Both the position numbers and the translations under genes were made by a program. Under the pieces are notes generated by a model, which was given only the letters and a program-made list of their open reading frames with translations, was not told where the DNA came from and did no database searches. 64,000 nt of DNA from Podospora anserina (Eukaryota): NCBI GenBank assembly GCA_017654855.1, contig CM030334.1, positions 3,658,001 through 3,722,000 on the forward strand. Direction: 5' to 3'. Each line of letters begins with the position of its first letter. Within the stretch, counting starts at the first letter, position 1. This document shows, piece by piece, positions 13,130 to 24,715 of this stretch.

Positions 13130-13830
13130 AAATGTTGGCCAAGAATGACCTCCTTCCAGACCAGTCGAGCCAGCAACTGGCACACGTCAGTGGATCCAAC
13201 GGCGACACGCTCCGCATACATGCTCGAAATCGACCCTGTTGTGTGTCTGCCACCGTCCCCATCTCTCCTTTCAAGCATCATCACCTTGTACCCCCATCCA
13301 AGATCATGTTCAGTCAGATCAGAGTAGCATGAACTCTCTTTCTGCCTGAAGCGCATGTTCATCCATCCAACCTGGTTGCAACTTGATGGTTCCAAGCTCC
13401 TATCATAGTACTTTCTGCGTTCAGCCTTCAAGGGTGGCTCAACAGCTCCATTCATGTCGTCATTGAGCCGCGCAAGGCGTTTGCATTCTGTCGTATCATG
13501 TCCCAGGCTCTGATACCAAAAACCCAACATCGATTTCGTATCCCTCTGCCAATACGTTCAATTTCCTGGCAATACCAGTTCCATATATATGACCAAGAGC
13601 CAACCCATGAGAACCAGGACCAGCTGGGCCCCACGGGTTGGCTGGTCATTTCTGAGAGGCGGCGAGTGTGAAGAGGTAGAGGACACCATAGCAGAAACCA
13701 GTCGAAATAGATGGTTGGCAGCCTGCGGTAGATATCAGTATTCAACTGCCGCTTGATCTGGCGTGCCACACCAGCAAAGGCGTTGTATACGTCTGCTTGC
13801 AGTGACAAGTCTCAGGTTAACCCTAACCCT
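13130..13830 (-). pseudogene. Truncated, frameshifted C-terminal region of a HET-domain (PF06985-type) protein
   Basis: DVYNAFAGV...LPTIYFDWFLLW...RR...PSWSWFSWVG, then YKVMMLE...AERVAVG in another frame. These motifs typically follow a HET domain. The HET core itself is absent. Confidence 0.6.
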
Positions 13831-14143
13831 CATCTCCCGGAAAGACAACAAACAGTCGAGGACTCAGTTGGAGTTTTTCGCAGACATGACAGAGCTTGTC
13901 GCCGGGCCGAGGCGTGACAGGCCCGGGACAAGGAGCATCTCCCGGTTGGCGTGCGGGCCTGGGTCTTGGTCGGAATCCACGGTCATTTCACTGCGGCCTT
14001 CGGATGCTGAGTTGGCGAGTCTTCTGACCGTGCTAGAAGCTGGGCAAAAAGAAAATCCATCATGGTGAGGACGGAGGACGCGAGAAAGCGGGGCGTAAAG
14101 AAAGCAGTAAATAGAGAGAAGCTGGGGTTCGTGTTAAGGGAGC

Positions 14144-14233
14144 AGTGCTTGTTTCTGTCCACAAGTTGCTGAAACCAGTAACGGACAATTGAGGGCTTCC
14201 ATTGGCCAACCAAAAAGTCAATGGTTGAGCCAC
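14144..14233 (+). repeat. Dispersed direct repeat, copy 2
   Basis: Near-identical to 9416-9470 over about 55 bp, with looser similarity upstream. Confidence 0.85.
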
Positions 14234-14587
14234 AGCTAACCCTAGGGATCTTCCCAAACTTAACCACTTGGGCTTTAACCCTGACAAGCCACGATGTTCA
14301 ATGTCAACCTGTCAGACCGGCCAAACCATCGCCCGTCAGTCACATAATGCGCCCTGCCAAGTCTCCCAACATCTGGAACCGAGTCCTGGTAATCTGCCTG
14401 CCGGCGTCAAAACAATATGGCGCAGCTGTTAAAAAGAGAGGCTTCGCCAAGACGGGATGGCAACATATAACATCTCTCATCGACAGTTCGACTGAGTGTG
14501 GAGGTCTTTGGCATACACTCCTGAGAACCTCCCCTAACTGACTCTTCTCCAAGCTAATACTCCAAGTCTTGCGGCATCCTTTTAATC

Positions 14588-15621
14588 ATGGCAAAGCGAT
14601 CCAAAACATCCTACTACAGTGTCGACCCCCCTTTCGTCTACGCTGCTAGCGCCATCGTCGAGGGCATCTTTACACTCTTTTTCCTGTGCACGTTTGGCTA
14701 CAGCGCCTTGCGAATCTCCAAAATACGCCCAATATGGCATTATTACGCCGCTACCATGTCCGCTTTGATCATGTAAATATTTCCCTTCACCGCTGACAAT
14801 ATTCAGGCAACTCACAATCAGTCATAATAGTGGCTACATTCTCCGCATAGCCTCCTTCTCCGTTTACGCTTACTACAACACACCTGAAGTCTATCTCTCC
14901 TTTGAAGACCGCTACCTTTTAATGCTCCTATCAGCAAAACGACTCGAACCCGTCGCTCGTCTATTCCGACACGTGGGCGCAGCTCTTTGTAGTGTTTTGC
15001 TTGTGGAATTTGGTCAACGCTACAGCTGGCCATCAAACGAGAGGGCACTTATTATCCGGGCCGGAAGGGCAGCCATGTGGACGCTGGCAGGGGTGGCAAC
15101 GGTGCTGGGCTTGACACATTGCATCATGGCGGAGAGAGAAATTAATCCTGACTTGACGGTTGTCGGACGCTTGGGAATGCCACGACTGGATGATGTGTTC
15201 AACGGCAGCAAGATAGCTTCTGTTGTAATCTCTGCAACACTACTCGTCCTTTTTGTCGGGGGGCTCACTATCCTGGGAATGGCAATGTACGCATCTTGTT
15301 CAAACCCATCGAAAGGAAGGAAGACCGGGCCAGTCATTCTCATAGAAGTAAGTATCAGTTCGTATGTCTTATTACAGCTGTGGGCCCTGGTGTTAATTAT
15401 GTCCACCGCAGATCCCCAGCCTGCTCCTTCTTGCCTCTGTGATTTTGGTAATCGTGAGAGGTTGGAATATGGCCGAAGTCTCTCTACTTCTACACCCTTA
15501 CCGTAGGGCTACCAGGGACATTGATTGGTGGTACTGGGCTGAACTTGCTCTAGATCGCTTTGGCACCTGGATGGTTCTTTTTGTTATTTATAGGGCTGGC
15601 AAAAAGGCCGGTGGCGGCTGA
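14588..15621 (+). CDS. Multi-pass membrane protein, multi-exon, function unknown
   Basis: Successive hydrophobic ORFs 14588..14776, 14922..15506 and 15439..15621 separated by GT..CTGAC..AG introns. Confidence 0.6.
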
Positions 15622-15727
15622 CACCCGGCAAGATAAACAATGATAATAATGTACCAAGATATTTACCAGGTGACTAAGAATCTGAAACAAATGACCACCA
15701 CCTCAATATCTCCTGCCAAGCCTTTAA

Positions 15728-17281
15728 TCATTTGTCCTCGTCAGGGAACTCACAATCATCATCTGACACATGATCCTCTACCTCAACAAGGCCATCAAGG
15801 TCAGACAGTTGATCGTCTGCCTCGTCAAAATCGTCGTCCTCTTCCTTATCCTCCTCGCCACTCTCCTCGCCACCCTCCTCCTCCTCGCTCTCCTCGTCAC
15901 CCTCCTCCTCCTCGCTCTCCTCATCGTTCTCCTCATCGCTCTCCTCATCGCTCTCCTCATCGCTCTCCTCATCATCATATGACTCCACAGGGGAGCCAAT
16001 AATTTCAAACCCCTGGGCCCCAGTAACCTCATCATCAAGCTTCTCACACTTGGTCTGAAACTCAACGCATTGAACCAACAGCTCATCGTTCCTGGCGGCC
16101 AAGACATTATGACTGAACATCATATCCTCACACTCCTGTCGGCGTTTTCTGCAGTCGTCCTTCATATCTTCCAGTTCCTCAATAAGCCTCTTTTGTATAT
16201 TCTCCAGCCCCTTGACAACCTTACTTTGCTTATGATGGTCACCGTGCAATCTCACGTGTAATACCAGCAGCTCCTTGTACGCCTGACGCCTCTTCAAATA
16301 CGTTTCCTTTTGTTCGGCGTGGTCGTTTTGCAAGCTTTGCAGTTTCGCAAGGAAGAATAACTTTCGCGATTCTGCCTCAGTGGCGCGCCGGTCTTCCTCT
16401 TTCAACTGCTCCTTCATCTGCTGGACCTCCTCCTCAAGACTGTGATTGCGCTCGAGGGCCACGTTCAGCTCAGCGGATTGGGCATGGTAGCGGCTCTTCA
16501 GTGCGAGGTCAGACTCTTCCAAGTTCTGGTGCTTGTCTTGCAACTCGCCGTGTTCCTCCTTCATCTGGTTGTGCTTCTTCTTCCACTCGTCGCCCTGCTC
16601 CTGCAACATGATGCAGTTTTTGCAGAGAGAATCCACCGTCGCGGTCTCCCAGCGGAATTTCTTCTGGAGTTGTTCATTAGACTTCATGGACTCGTCATAC
16701 TTCGTCTTCCACGACTCGCAATCCCTCCTGGACTGGTCATGCTCCTCCTTGGACTGAGCGCACTCCTCCTCCAACTTGGCGCAGTCCCTCCGCAAGTCAC
16801 CGACCTTGAGTCTCTCCCAGGCGAGTTGCGTCTGAAGCAGGTCGGCATTATGCATCGCGTTCACGGCATCCCGATGGCGCGACAGCTGATGGCGCAACTG
16901 CAAGTCGGAGATCTCCCGCTGGTGAAGGGAGTTGATGGTCGAGATTTGCTCGTCGTAGTCCTTCTCAATGGCGGCAATCTGCTCGGCGTGTGTGGTGGAA
17001 GAGCAGGCAATTTTGTGCTGGCAGGCGGCCAGCTCCTGGGAGAGCTTCAACTGCCGCTCATGCAAATCGGTAATTTCGGAGGTCCGCTGTTGGAGCTTCC
17101 AATTCAGTGCTGCCCTCTGAGTAATGTACATTTTTCTGTTGATGTCGCTAGCCTCCTCCTCGGCAGCGAGGGCTTTGGTGAGCTCCTCAACCTCTTGACG
17201 TAGTTCCTGGAGATCGGGGGCCACCATCTGGACCAGCCCGGCCAGCCTCTGTTGGACCGCTTTGAATTGATCAGGCATCAT
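15728..17281 (-). CDS. Long coiled-coil protein with acidic repeat tail
   Basis: 517-aa ORF rich in E/K/Q/L heptads. C-terminus carries DEES and EEEEGDEES repeats. Confidence 0.75.
   Translation of the reverse strand: MMPDQFKAVQQRLAGLVQMVAPDLQELRQEVEELTKALAAEEEASDINRKMYITQRAALNWKLQQRTSEITDLHERQLKLSQELAACQHKIACSSTTHAEQIAAIEKDYDEQISTINSLHQREISDLQLRHQLSRHRDAVNAMHNADLLQTQLAWERLKVGDLRRDCAKLEEECAQSKEEHDQSRRDCESWKTKYDESMKSNEQLQKKFRWETATVDSLCKNCIMLQEQGDEWKKKHNQMKEEHGELQDKHQNLEESDLALKSRYHAQSAELNVALERNHSLEEEVQQMKEQLKEEDRRATEAESRKLFFLAKLQSLQNDHAEQKETYLKRRQAYKELLVLHVRLHGDHHKQSKVVKGLENIQKRLIEELEDMKDDCRKRRQECEDMMFSHNVLAARNDELLVQCVEFQTKCEKLDDEVTGAQGFEIIGSPVESYDDEESDEESDEESDEENDEESEEEEGDEESEEEEGGEESGEEDKEEDDDFDEADDQLSDLDGLVEVEDHVSDDDCEFPDEDK
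15850..15975 (+). repeat. Coding tandem repeats (12-bp CTCTCCTCATCG and 27-bp units)
   Basis: Directly visible. They encode the acidic tail of the coiled-coil protein on the minus strand. Confidence 0.85.
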
Positions 17282-18179
17282 GCAGGGACAGACTTGCTAA
17301 TGCTGGTAGTAGGAGAGGGTGTGGATGAAGGGTGGAAAGGAAGAAGCGAGAGAAGTTTCCGAGGGCGAATTTTTAATCCAGAAATTCTTTTCCAAACTTT
17401 TGTGGCTTTCCAGTGTTCAAAACGCTATGTTGGGCGCTGGCAAAAAACTCAAACATCATGGTCTCCTCCACACAGTCACCTCCAACGGTGAAGCTTTCGC
17501 CACCGCAGGAACGGAACGCCAACATGCCACTGATCTGAACTCTGTTTTGTGCGATGGGGCACGGATTTTCTCTGATGGTGATGTCTGCGCAGATGGCAAC
17601 TTGTTTTACAAAGAGAAAAATGATGAAGACGAAAAAGAGAGAAATAAGATGAGGTCGTGTGTCGACACTTAGTTACCTTACCTAGGTATCTGGGCGCGAG
17701 ATGAAGCGTGGTGGTCGGTTTAAGGTTCGGCACGTGCCAGCCTCAAGGTAAGTATTGACTTGCGTTGCGCAGTGTCGGTTGATGTTGTCGACAGCGTGAC
17801 TCCTTCAGAAAAAGGGCAGCCCTCTTCACAATCATAATCATATTCATTGCCTACATCGCACTTACCTTGAGCAGAAGAGTTGAGGTTCGGAAGGTTCCAC
17901 CCTGAAACATGTGTCCACGGTGGACATGTTGCGTCTGGGAAGGCGCGAGTTAGGTAACTCAGCCGAGCAACAAACATCATCAAGGCATTTGGAAGCAGGT
18001 GCATCTGGTGGCCGCGGATAGGTGTCGCGAGACAAGTCACAATGCAATCAGCGTAACCACAACAGGGAAGGTGACTACCACCTCCCAGTGTCCATAAGAC
18101 ATTGTCTTTTCGTCTCCATTCCAGTACTTGCTGTCTTCCATGCTTTCAGAACGAAACAATCAGTTCCCAATCTGCCATC

Positions 18180-18961
18180 ATGCAATTCCCCAACAACGTC
18201 CTGGCTTTCGGTAGCCTCTTTGTCGCCGCTGGCTATGCTCAGGACACAGATACCTCCACCTCGGCAGTCGACACCACCCTCATAACCTCCGTCAGCATCG
18301 AGCTCTCCACCACAGGCACCACACTGTCCAGTGCCACGGATATCTACAGCGGCACTGTCACCGACGCCTTGGGCGATTCCACCGGCCTCATCAAACCTCG
18401 CCCCACCACCGAGGGCGGCGGCCCTCTCGACACAGTCTACGCCTGCGGAGACACCACCGTCATTGACCAGTTCAGCTACGGCTCTCCCCTAGTGAAGGAC
18501 TGCTGGGACGTCTACAACGGTCTGGACGGGAAAACCGACCCTTGGTATGCCGTCCGTGTGTTTGCTCCCAGCCAGCTCCACGTCACAATTTGTGTCTCGC
18601 AAGCTGACAAACACGTACTTTCTTTCCAAACAGGATCCTGGATCACATGTGGGAGCAGCGTGCTTTTGCGTCGTCGGGTACCTGTGTCATCGGCGCCCAG
18701 ATCGTTAGCCAGACCGACTATCCTTCGTATGTTGGCAGTGAGGACTTTCGCATCGCTATCAAGAAGTCGATTGAGCAGTTTGCCAAGAAGGATGACAAGA
18801 GCCAGGAGCTTGTCGGCACCAAGGGTTATATGCAATGCGGCACGTTTTTTCCGTGCTATTCCCTTGCCTGTCAGAGTATGGTATCTTGAGCTAACAACAT
18901 GGTCTTTCGACTTGCAGAGCCCTGGCATGCCACGGTTGAGTGGGGTATCTACTACAACTAA
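18180..18961 (+). CDS. Secreted Ecp2/Hce2 effector-like protein, three exons
   Basis: Signal peptide MQFPNNVLAFGSLFVAAGYA, S/T-rich linker, then CGDTT..SPLVKDC..GTCVIGA..VGSEDF..SIEQF..VGTKGYMQC..VEWGIY, which is the Hce2 pattern. Confidence 0.8.
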
Positions 18962-19177
18962 GCGGCACCTCCAATCTCCCCGGTTGATTTGAATTGTTTG
19001 AGTCATGGTTATTGCCTTTGAGATTTGTACGGATATTTGGCCATGAGCTTATAGAGTTATTGTTGTCATATCCGAAGTGGGGCAATTTGAAAGATGGAAA
19101 CCTCTTGAGAAACACCGTTATCGATACTTATGCTGATGCAAGTTGTGATGCTTTTTTGACTCCCCATATGCAACCGT

Positions 19178-20059
19178 CTATTTGACATCCCCAAACCTCT
19201 CCTGCAATGCCGCATGCAACTTGCCAAAAACCCCATCATGCCACCCCTCGGCCTGCTTCCACTCGTCCGCAGGCAACGTCCTCTCCATAAACCTCAGCCA
19301 CCCCCCCACAATAAAATCGGCATGCGAAGCCCTGTCCCCAAGCAGAAAGGGCCCGTTTTCATTCCGTTTATACAACTCCGCCAGGCCCGTTAATGTCTGT
19401 TTCAGCGACTCCAACATATGCACCCTCTTCTCCCCATAAACCCCCATATCCTCCCACGATTTCGCCCCAAGCCGTCTCACAAATTCGTCTTTGATTCCTT
19501 GTTCAAACTCCTTATCCCACTTCATCCCCGACGCCATCAACGCCGTGTGCAGGGTGAACGCCCAATCAACATTCGTGTTAAACTTGGAATAGTCCTTGTG
19601 CTGAACATCCTCCCTCTTGCTCAGCGGAATCAAGACCTCCTCCGCGCCAGGACAGACATAATTCAGGTCGGGCTGCTCGGGAAACAAATCCCCGGACCCA
19701 GAGTCGGGGAACGTCTCCTGAAGGTAGAGCGCAATGTCGAATGAGTCGCCGACAATCGCGCCGGTTATGCTGTCTTTTAGCACCGGTAGAGTGTAGTAAT
19801 CAGTCCCGTCGGCGAATTTCCGGCAGGCCGACGCCCCGAGCCCCTTGCGGACTTTGGTGATGTCGAGCATCTGCACCCATTCTGTCTTGTAGGGGATGCC
19901 TTTGAAGTTGAGGGCGTAGCGGGCCTTCCAGGGGTTGGGGGCCGCGGTGTTCTTTTCGCGGGGGACGGCAAAGGCGATGTCGTAGTAGATCAGGCGAGGG
20001 TCCGATGCCATGGTGTTTGCGTTGTTGTTTCCTGCTGTGTTGTCAACGGGAAAGCTCAT
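19178..20059 (-). CDS. Glutathione S-transferase family protein
   Basis: PNPWKARYALNFKGIPYKTEWV, YTLPVL, VGDSFDIALYL and GPFLLGDRASHADF. Confidence 0.9.
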   Translation of the reverse strand: MSFPVDNTAGNNNANTMASDPRLIYYDIAFAVPREKNTAAPNPWKARYALNFKGIPYKTEWVQMLDITKVRKGLGASACRKFADGTDYYTLPVLKDSITGAIVGDSFDIALYLQETFPDSGSGDLFPEQPDLNYVCPGAEEVLIPLSKREDVQHKDYSKFNTNVDWAFTLHTALMASGMKWDKEFEQGIKDEFVRRLGAKSWEDMGVYGEKRVHMLESLKQTLTGLAELYKRNENGPFLLGDRASHADFIVGGWLRFMERTLPADEWKQAEGWHDGVFGKLHAALQERFGDVK

Positions 20060-20579
20060 GTGTTGCTTAGGGGTGTTGATTGCTCAAGTTATTATTCATG
20101 TTTCCCCCACATTCTCCTCGGATTTATTTATCGACTTCCTGTCTCGGGTGGGCATCCAATTTCGGTCTAAACAGATCAGGATGACTCAGCATGATATCAT
20201 AACAATCAACACACGATATCCACCCCTTGGTCCAATCAACACCTCAAGCGTTGCGGGGGAAGCACCCGATCGGTTGCCAAGCCACGGGGCGATGCCTTGT
20301 CATACGAGGTACCATGCGGTTGGCAGCGAGCAGATATTCTTCCTCTTCACGAAATGAGAAGCGATCGATTTTCAGTTCTGCACAAGGCAGTAAAGTGCTG
20401 ATTGGTGAGACATTATTTTGGTATTGAAACAACTCTACGCTGTACCCAACACCCCTTCATGATCCCGTCGTCGTAATACTTCAACTCTTCGCTGTGACCA
20501 TCCTGCCTGATCGTATAACTACTTCGTATCCATGTCCAATGTATCAAAAATAAACTAGTCAACACCTCGCCATGCTTGT

Positions 20580-21303
20580 TCAATGGCAACAAAGTGTAGG
20601 GTCCTTCGTGGCAGTTGTTTGTCCCACGCTGTGAGTTGTTAACGAGTCTGCACATGGTGCGAGGTAGACGAACAACAACAAAAAAGAAGCAGGACTTACG
20701 CATCACGCGCACCGAGTGGCTCCCAGTGAAACATGAAGGACCCGAGATATGCCCCAAGAAAAATGCATATAATGATGTACCCATTGTAGTACATCGCCAA
20801 CCTGTGGTCCCAAGTTCTTGTTAGCTCACCACCCAAAATACCCAACCAAGAGAAAGGTGGTATCAAACTCACAGCATGATGAAGTATCCCACCGCAAACT
20901 GTACCATGTGCAAGGCTGCCCTGACCGCTTGCTCCCAGATCTTCGGCCTGTACCCCTGCGTAACGTCGACATTGTGCTGCCCAGCCAATGCCTCACGATG
21001 TTTCTTGACCAGGTACCGGTCATACTCCTTCGTCAACCTCCTCAAGGCTTCCATCGTGATGGCGAGCAACAAAACGCCGACGCATGACCCACCAAACATT
21101 TGGTTTGAGGTGATTTTCCACGACGAGGAGATGAAGCAGGAGTCGATCGTGTTCCAGTTCCAGAGCATGCTAATTTTGCAACCGGTGCCGCCGCCGTGGC
21201 CATGGCCGCCGCCGGCTGCCGCAGCAGCAGCGGTCGAGGTTGTCGTGGCGATCACACTGGTGATGGTTGAGGTGGGTGTCATGTCGTGGTTGGCGTGGTC
21301 CAT
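20580..21303 (-). CDS. Ctr-family copper transporter, three exons
   Basis: His/Met N-terminus MDHANHDM, CKISMLWNWNTIDSCF, MLxxM (YFIML/LAMYYNG), GxxxG and a C-terminal CCH. Confidence 0.9.
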
Positions 21304-22293
21304 TTTGGGTGTGTGGATGCGGAATATTAACTGTTGTTTGTGTCTGAAGTGAGGCCGTAGCAAGATCGAAGCTGTAGCAAAACTGAGTCAAAATTGATCA
21401 GCAGATGGATTGGTGGTCAAAAGTTGAGCTGGATAAGGTTTTGTAGTAATTCTTTCGAGGGTGGGGTCCCCAGGGCAGGTCCAAATAAGGTTGAGAGGGA
21501 AGAACGCCTCTCGAGAAAGTGTACCAGGAAAGAAAGAGGCTGTTGGGGCGGGCAATCAGCGGCGGACAAGCACCACATTAATACCTTGTTTTAAACACAA
21601 CAGGGTGGCGCTTTCGTGAGACGTGAAGTGTTCTTTTTTGGGTCAAAGAAACCATCAACTCCTGAAGCACTATCTGTTGTGGATGGAGAATGAGCATGTT
21701 GTGATAGGTGTATGCTGCAGCAAATATGATGATAACTGGTGAACATCATGGCCTCACCCTGGCTTGACCGAGATGGGGGGAGATGGGGTGGGCCCACACT
21801 GAGCACGTTTGAGCGAGTAGATGGCTCGTTAGACCCCTGTGGCCAACGGTTGTGATGTGAGCAGTACCAATGAATGCAGAACAACCGATGGGAGCTTGCA
21901 TGGAACCATGGCGTTTTCGTGTTCTGGGTTTCTGGATAGCAGCTGCAATGTGGTGCCTTCTTGGCGGGTTGCACAACTTCACACGGAAGCATCGAATGAA
22001 GTTGATGATTTGCAGTCAGCGTCGTGGACTCCGGTCGGGACTCAGGAGATGGAAGTCGGAAGTCGGGAGCTGGTCACTTGGCAGGAGTGCTTGGGTAAGG
22101 ACCCTGATGGCCGCCACGCCCTGCCAAGAGCAACTGATATCTCCACCGACCTCTATCTTGCTCAAAGCCACTCAGATGCATACGATCTTCTAGCTTGTGA
22201 ATACGGCGCACCTGACAGCCCTGTTATCATCGAAACCCTGTGTCTGAGCTGGAGTTTGTTCGCCATTGGGTGCTTGGAACGAGATTGATGAGG

Positions 22294-24715
22294 CTACAGA
22301 AGCTTCCTCAACACCTCCTTATTCATGAGACAACACCGACAGCGAGGGGCTTTTCTCTTGGGTATTTCTATCCACTCGTACGACTCTCGATGACGGCGTG
22401 ACTTCTCACAGCCTTCCATTTCAATGATGTTTTCGTAGCCTCGATGTGTCCTTTGATAGATGTTCGCATATCTCCTATTTAGCTCGCCATTGAGTGGTTC
22501 CCGGCCCGCCTCATTGGTAGCTACCACGCCGATGGAGTTCCACACGTTCTGCTCGTGCCATCGCAAAGGTAGCTGCTTCTCCGCAAAGGCCGGGATCGTT
22601 TGATTGTGTAGATGTGTCGCCCCGGCGACCGCATCTGCTGAATGAATCCAGTTAACCGAAGTAGAACGATCGGTGTTTGCTTGGTGGAGTTGTGTTATTA
22701 TTTGGAGGACTCTACCTTTATAGGACAGGAAGTGTTTGACTTCCAACTGATTAGTGTCACTCAGGGAAGGCATCCCGGAATAGGATCCATGTTCGTCGAC
22801 TGGGTTCAATCGGAAGAGAGCAGAGGCTTTTGGGTCGGAAGCATTGTGTTTCACACCAATATCAAATTGATCCTCCTCTCCCTCCTGGATTTTGATGAGA
22901 TTACCCTGCGGGGAATCCTGATCCTCACCAAATCTTTGCAGGTACCCCGAGCTGATTTCGACAGCCATCGCCGTGCGTGGGTTGGTAGAAATGCATCGCA
23001 GCTGGGGCAGCCAAGCGACATACCCGTTACTGGCGACGGCAAGGTCGTTGGTCTCTATGCCAGCCGTAAAGTTCGCAGAGCTCGTAGAACTATAGCCGAA
23101 AACCTCGACGCCAGGTACTAGAGAAGCCATACAGGAGCATCGGAGTGAACCAAGTGTTACGCTCTCAGGAAGTCGGCGCAGATCCGCGATAGGCACAGGT
23201 AGATCAGTGCAATCTCGGAGTCCCTCGTGCCACACTACCCAGTACAGTAGATCCATACCAGCCTGACGGATAGATGTCCAGGTACCTGTGCGAAAGAACC
23301 TCACTTTTGGGAACTTGGAGCAGATCTACCCGTAGAGAGACTGGGGTGCGATATAGATGGCTGCCTCGATCGTGCTAGGCCCGGTGTGTTTGTGCTTTTC
23401 CTCTCCTGCGTCCACAGCCCTGCGTTGCTCGATGAAGTTCAAGATCCAACTCAGCTTCTCGAAGTAGGTTTGTATGAGGGGGTGGCCGGATTCAATCTTC
23501 TCCTTCTCAAGTCCCGGAAATCCGGTTTCGGTCCATGTTTTGATGTAGTCTGCAAGCTGTTCGGCGCCGCATGTTTCGTCGCCCGTCCATCCGTAACACT
23601 CCATGCATTCCATTACATTGGAAAGGTAACAATCCTGACAGATCTCCAAGTTTGCATTCCATTGGAGCTGAACCCGGGAACCCCCAGTTGACATAGATTA
23701 TACCTCTCTCCACCGCTACCAACACAAGAGCTGTGGCGAGCTGGCCTACGTACGCCATCTTCTCATCGCTGAGGCCATACTGGGCGCTGATGACTTGTTT
23801 TGCGGCTTTTGCGTGGTTAGCGCTCGTTGCGATGGGCTTATCCGAACTTGCGACACCCGTTACAATCAAATTCGAAAGGGCTTTCCCTTCCCTCCACTCT
23901 TGTACCGCCCAAGCATTCCCTCTCTCACCGCCTGTCGGGATATTGATGAGTATCTTTGGTTGTGCCACTGCTATGACAGTCCGATCGCCCACGGTAAGTT
24001 GCACATCATCCCCATTGATCCAAAGAAAGGCTGAGGCAATGATGGTGCAATTCGATGACCCTTCCAACGTGACAAACTCAACCTCCTCATCCTGAATTGA
24101 CCCGAAGACCAGAGAGAAGATACGCGCAAGCTCCTTTGAGTTTGGTGTTCCAAAAGCCCTTCTCATATCTTGAACATGCAAACCCGAGTTCCGCAGTATG
24201 ATTACCACTGAATCGACGATATCGACAGGAATAAGTTGATCGCTGTAACCGGCGGTAGCCCCAATGGCATTTGTGAGTTGACTTCGAGAACATCGTAGCT
24301 CCGGGATTTTGGTGAGACCCTGGTGGACAAGCATGTCGTAGAATACATCATCGATCTCTGCGTCGGTCAGGAACGCCTTGAGGCTTGTTGCCAAAAGGAA
24401 GGAAGTGACATAACAGGGTGCGTGCTTTCGGATAAACTGAGAGATTCCTCCTGAGCTGACTCCAATGTTGACCAGAAAGCTACCTAGTCTCTCATTTTGG
24501 CCTCTGCTCGACAAAGCTTGCATTCCGTCACTGATCCTGTCAGGGTGAACAATGATACTCGACCCGAGTGCTTCGAGAGCGAGGACCGCCGAGCTTTGCA
24601 AGTCCTCTTGCTGCGACGCACGAAACAGGCCCCAAAAGAAGCCGGCTGTCTTGAAGAGTGTGTTGTCAATCGACCATTGTGTTTGTACGACGTCCGGATT
24701 TCCCGGCTCGGCCAT
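22294..24715 (-). pseudogene. Large conserved-hypothetical gene disrupted by a frameshift (~23640) and an in-frame stop (~23326)
   Basis: Three consecutive ORFs. ...ECKLGD continues as ICQDCYL in a shifted frame with no intron signal. ORF 22294..23304 is in frame with 23326..23694 across a TAG. Confidence 0.6.

Noticed and set aside
16442-17203. Leu-rich 253-aa plus-strand ORF that looks like a membrane protein
   Set aside because: Antisense of the E/K/Q-rich coiled-coil gene, whose codons read as Leu/Phe on the opposite strand.
21390-22170. Possible copper-response (TTGCTC/TTTGCTG-like) sites upstream of the Ctr gene
   Set aside because: The matches are short and could arise by chance. They cannot be supported without conservation data.
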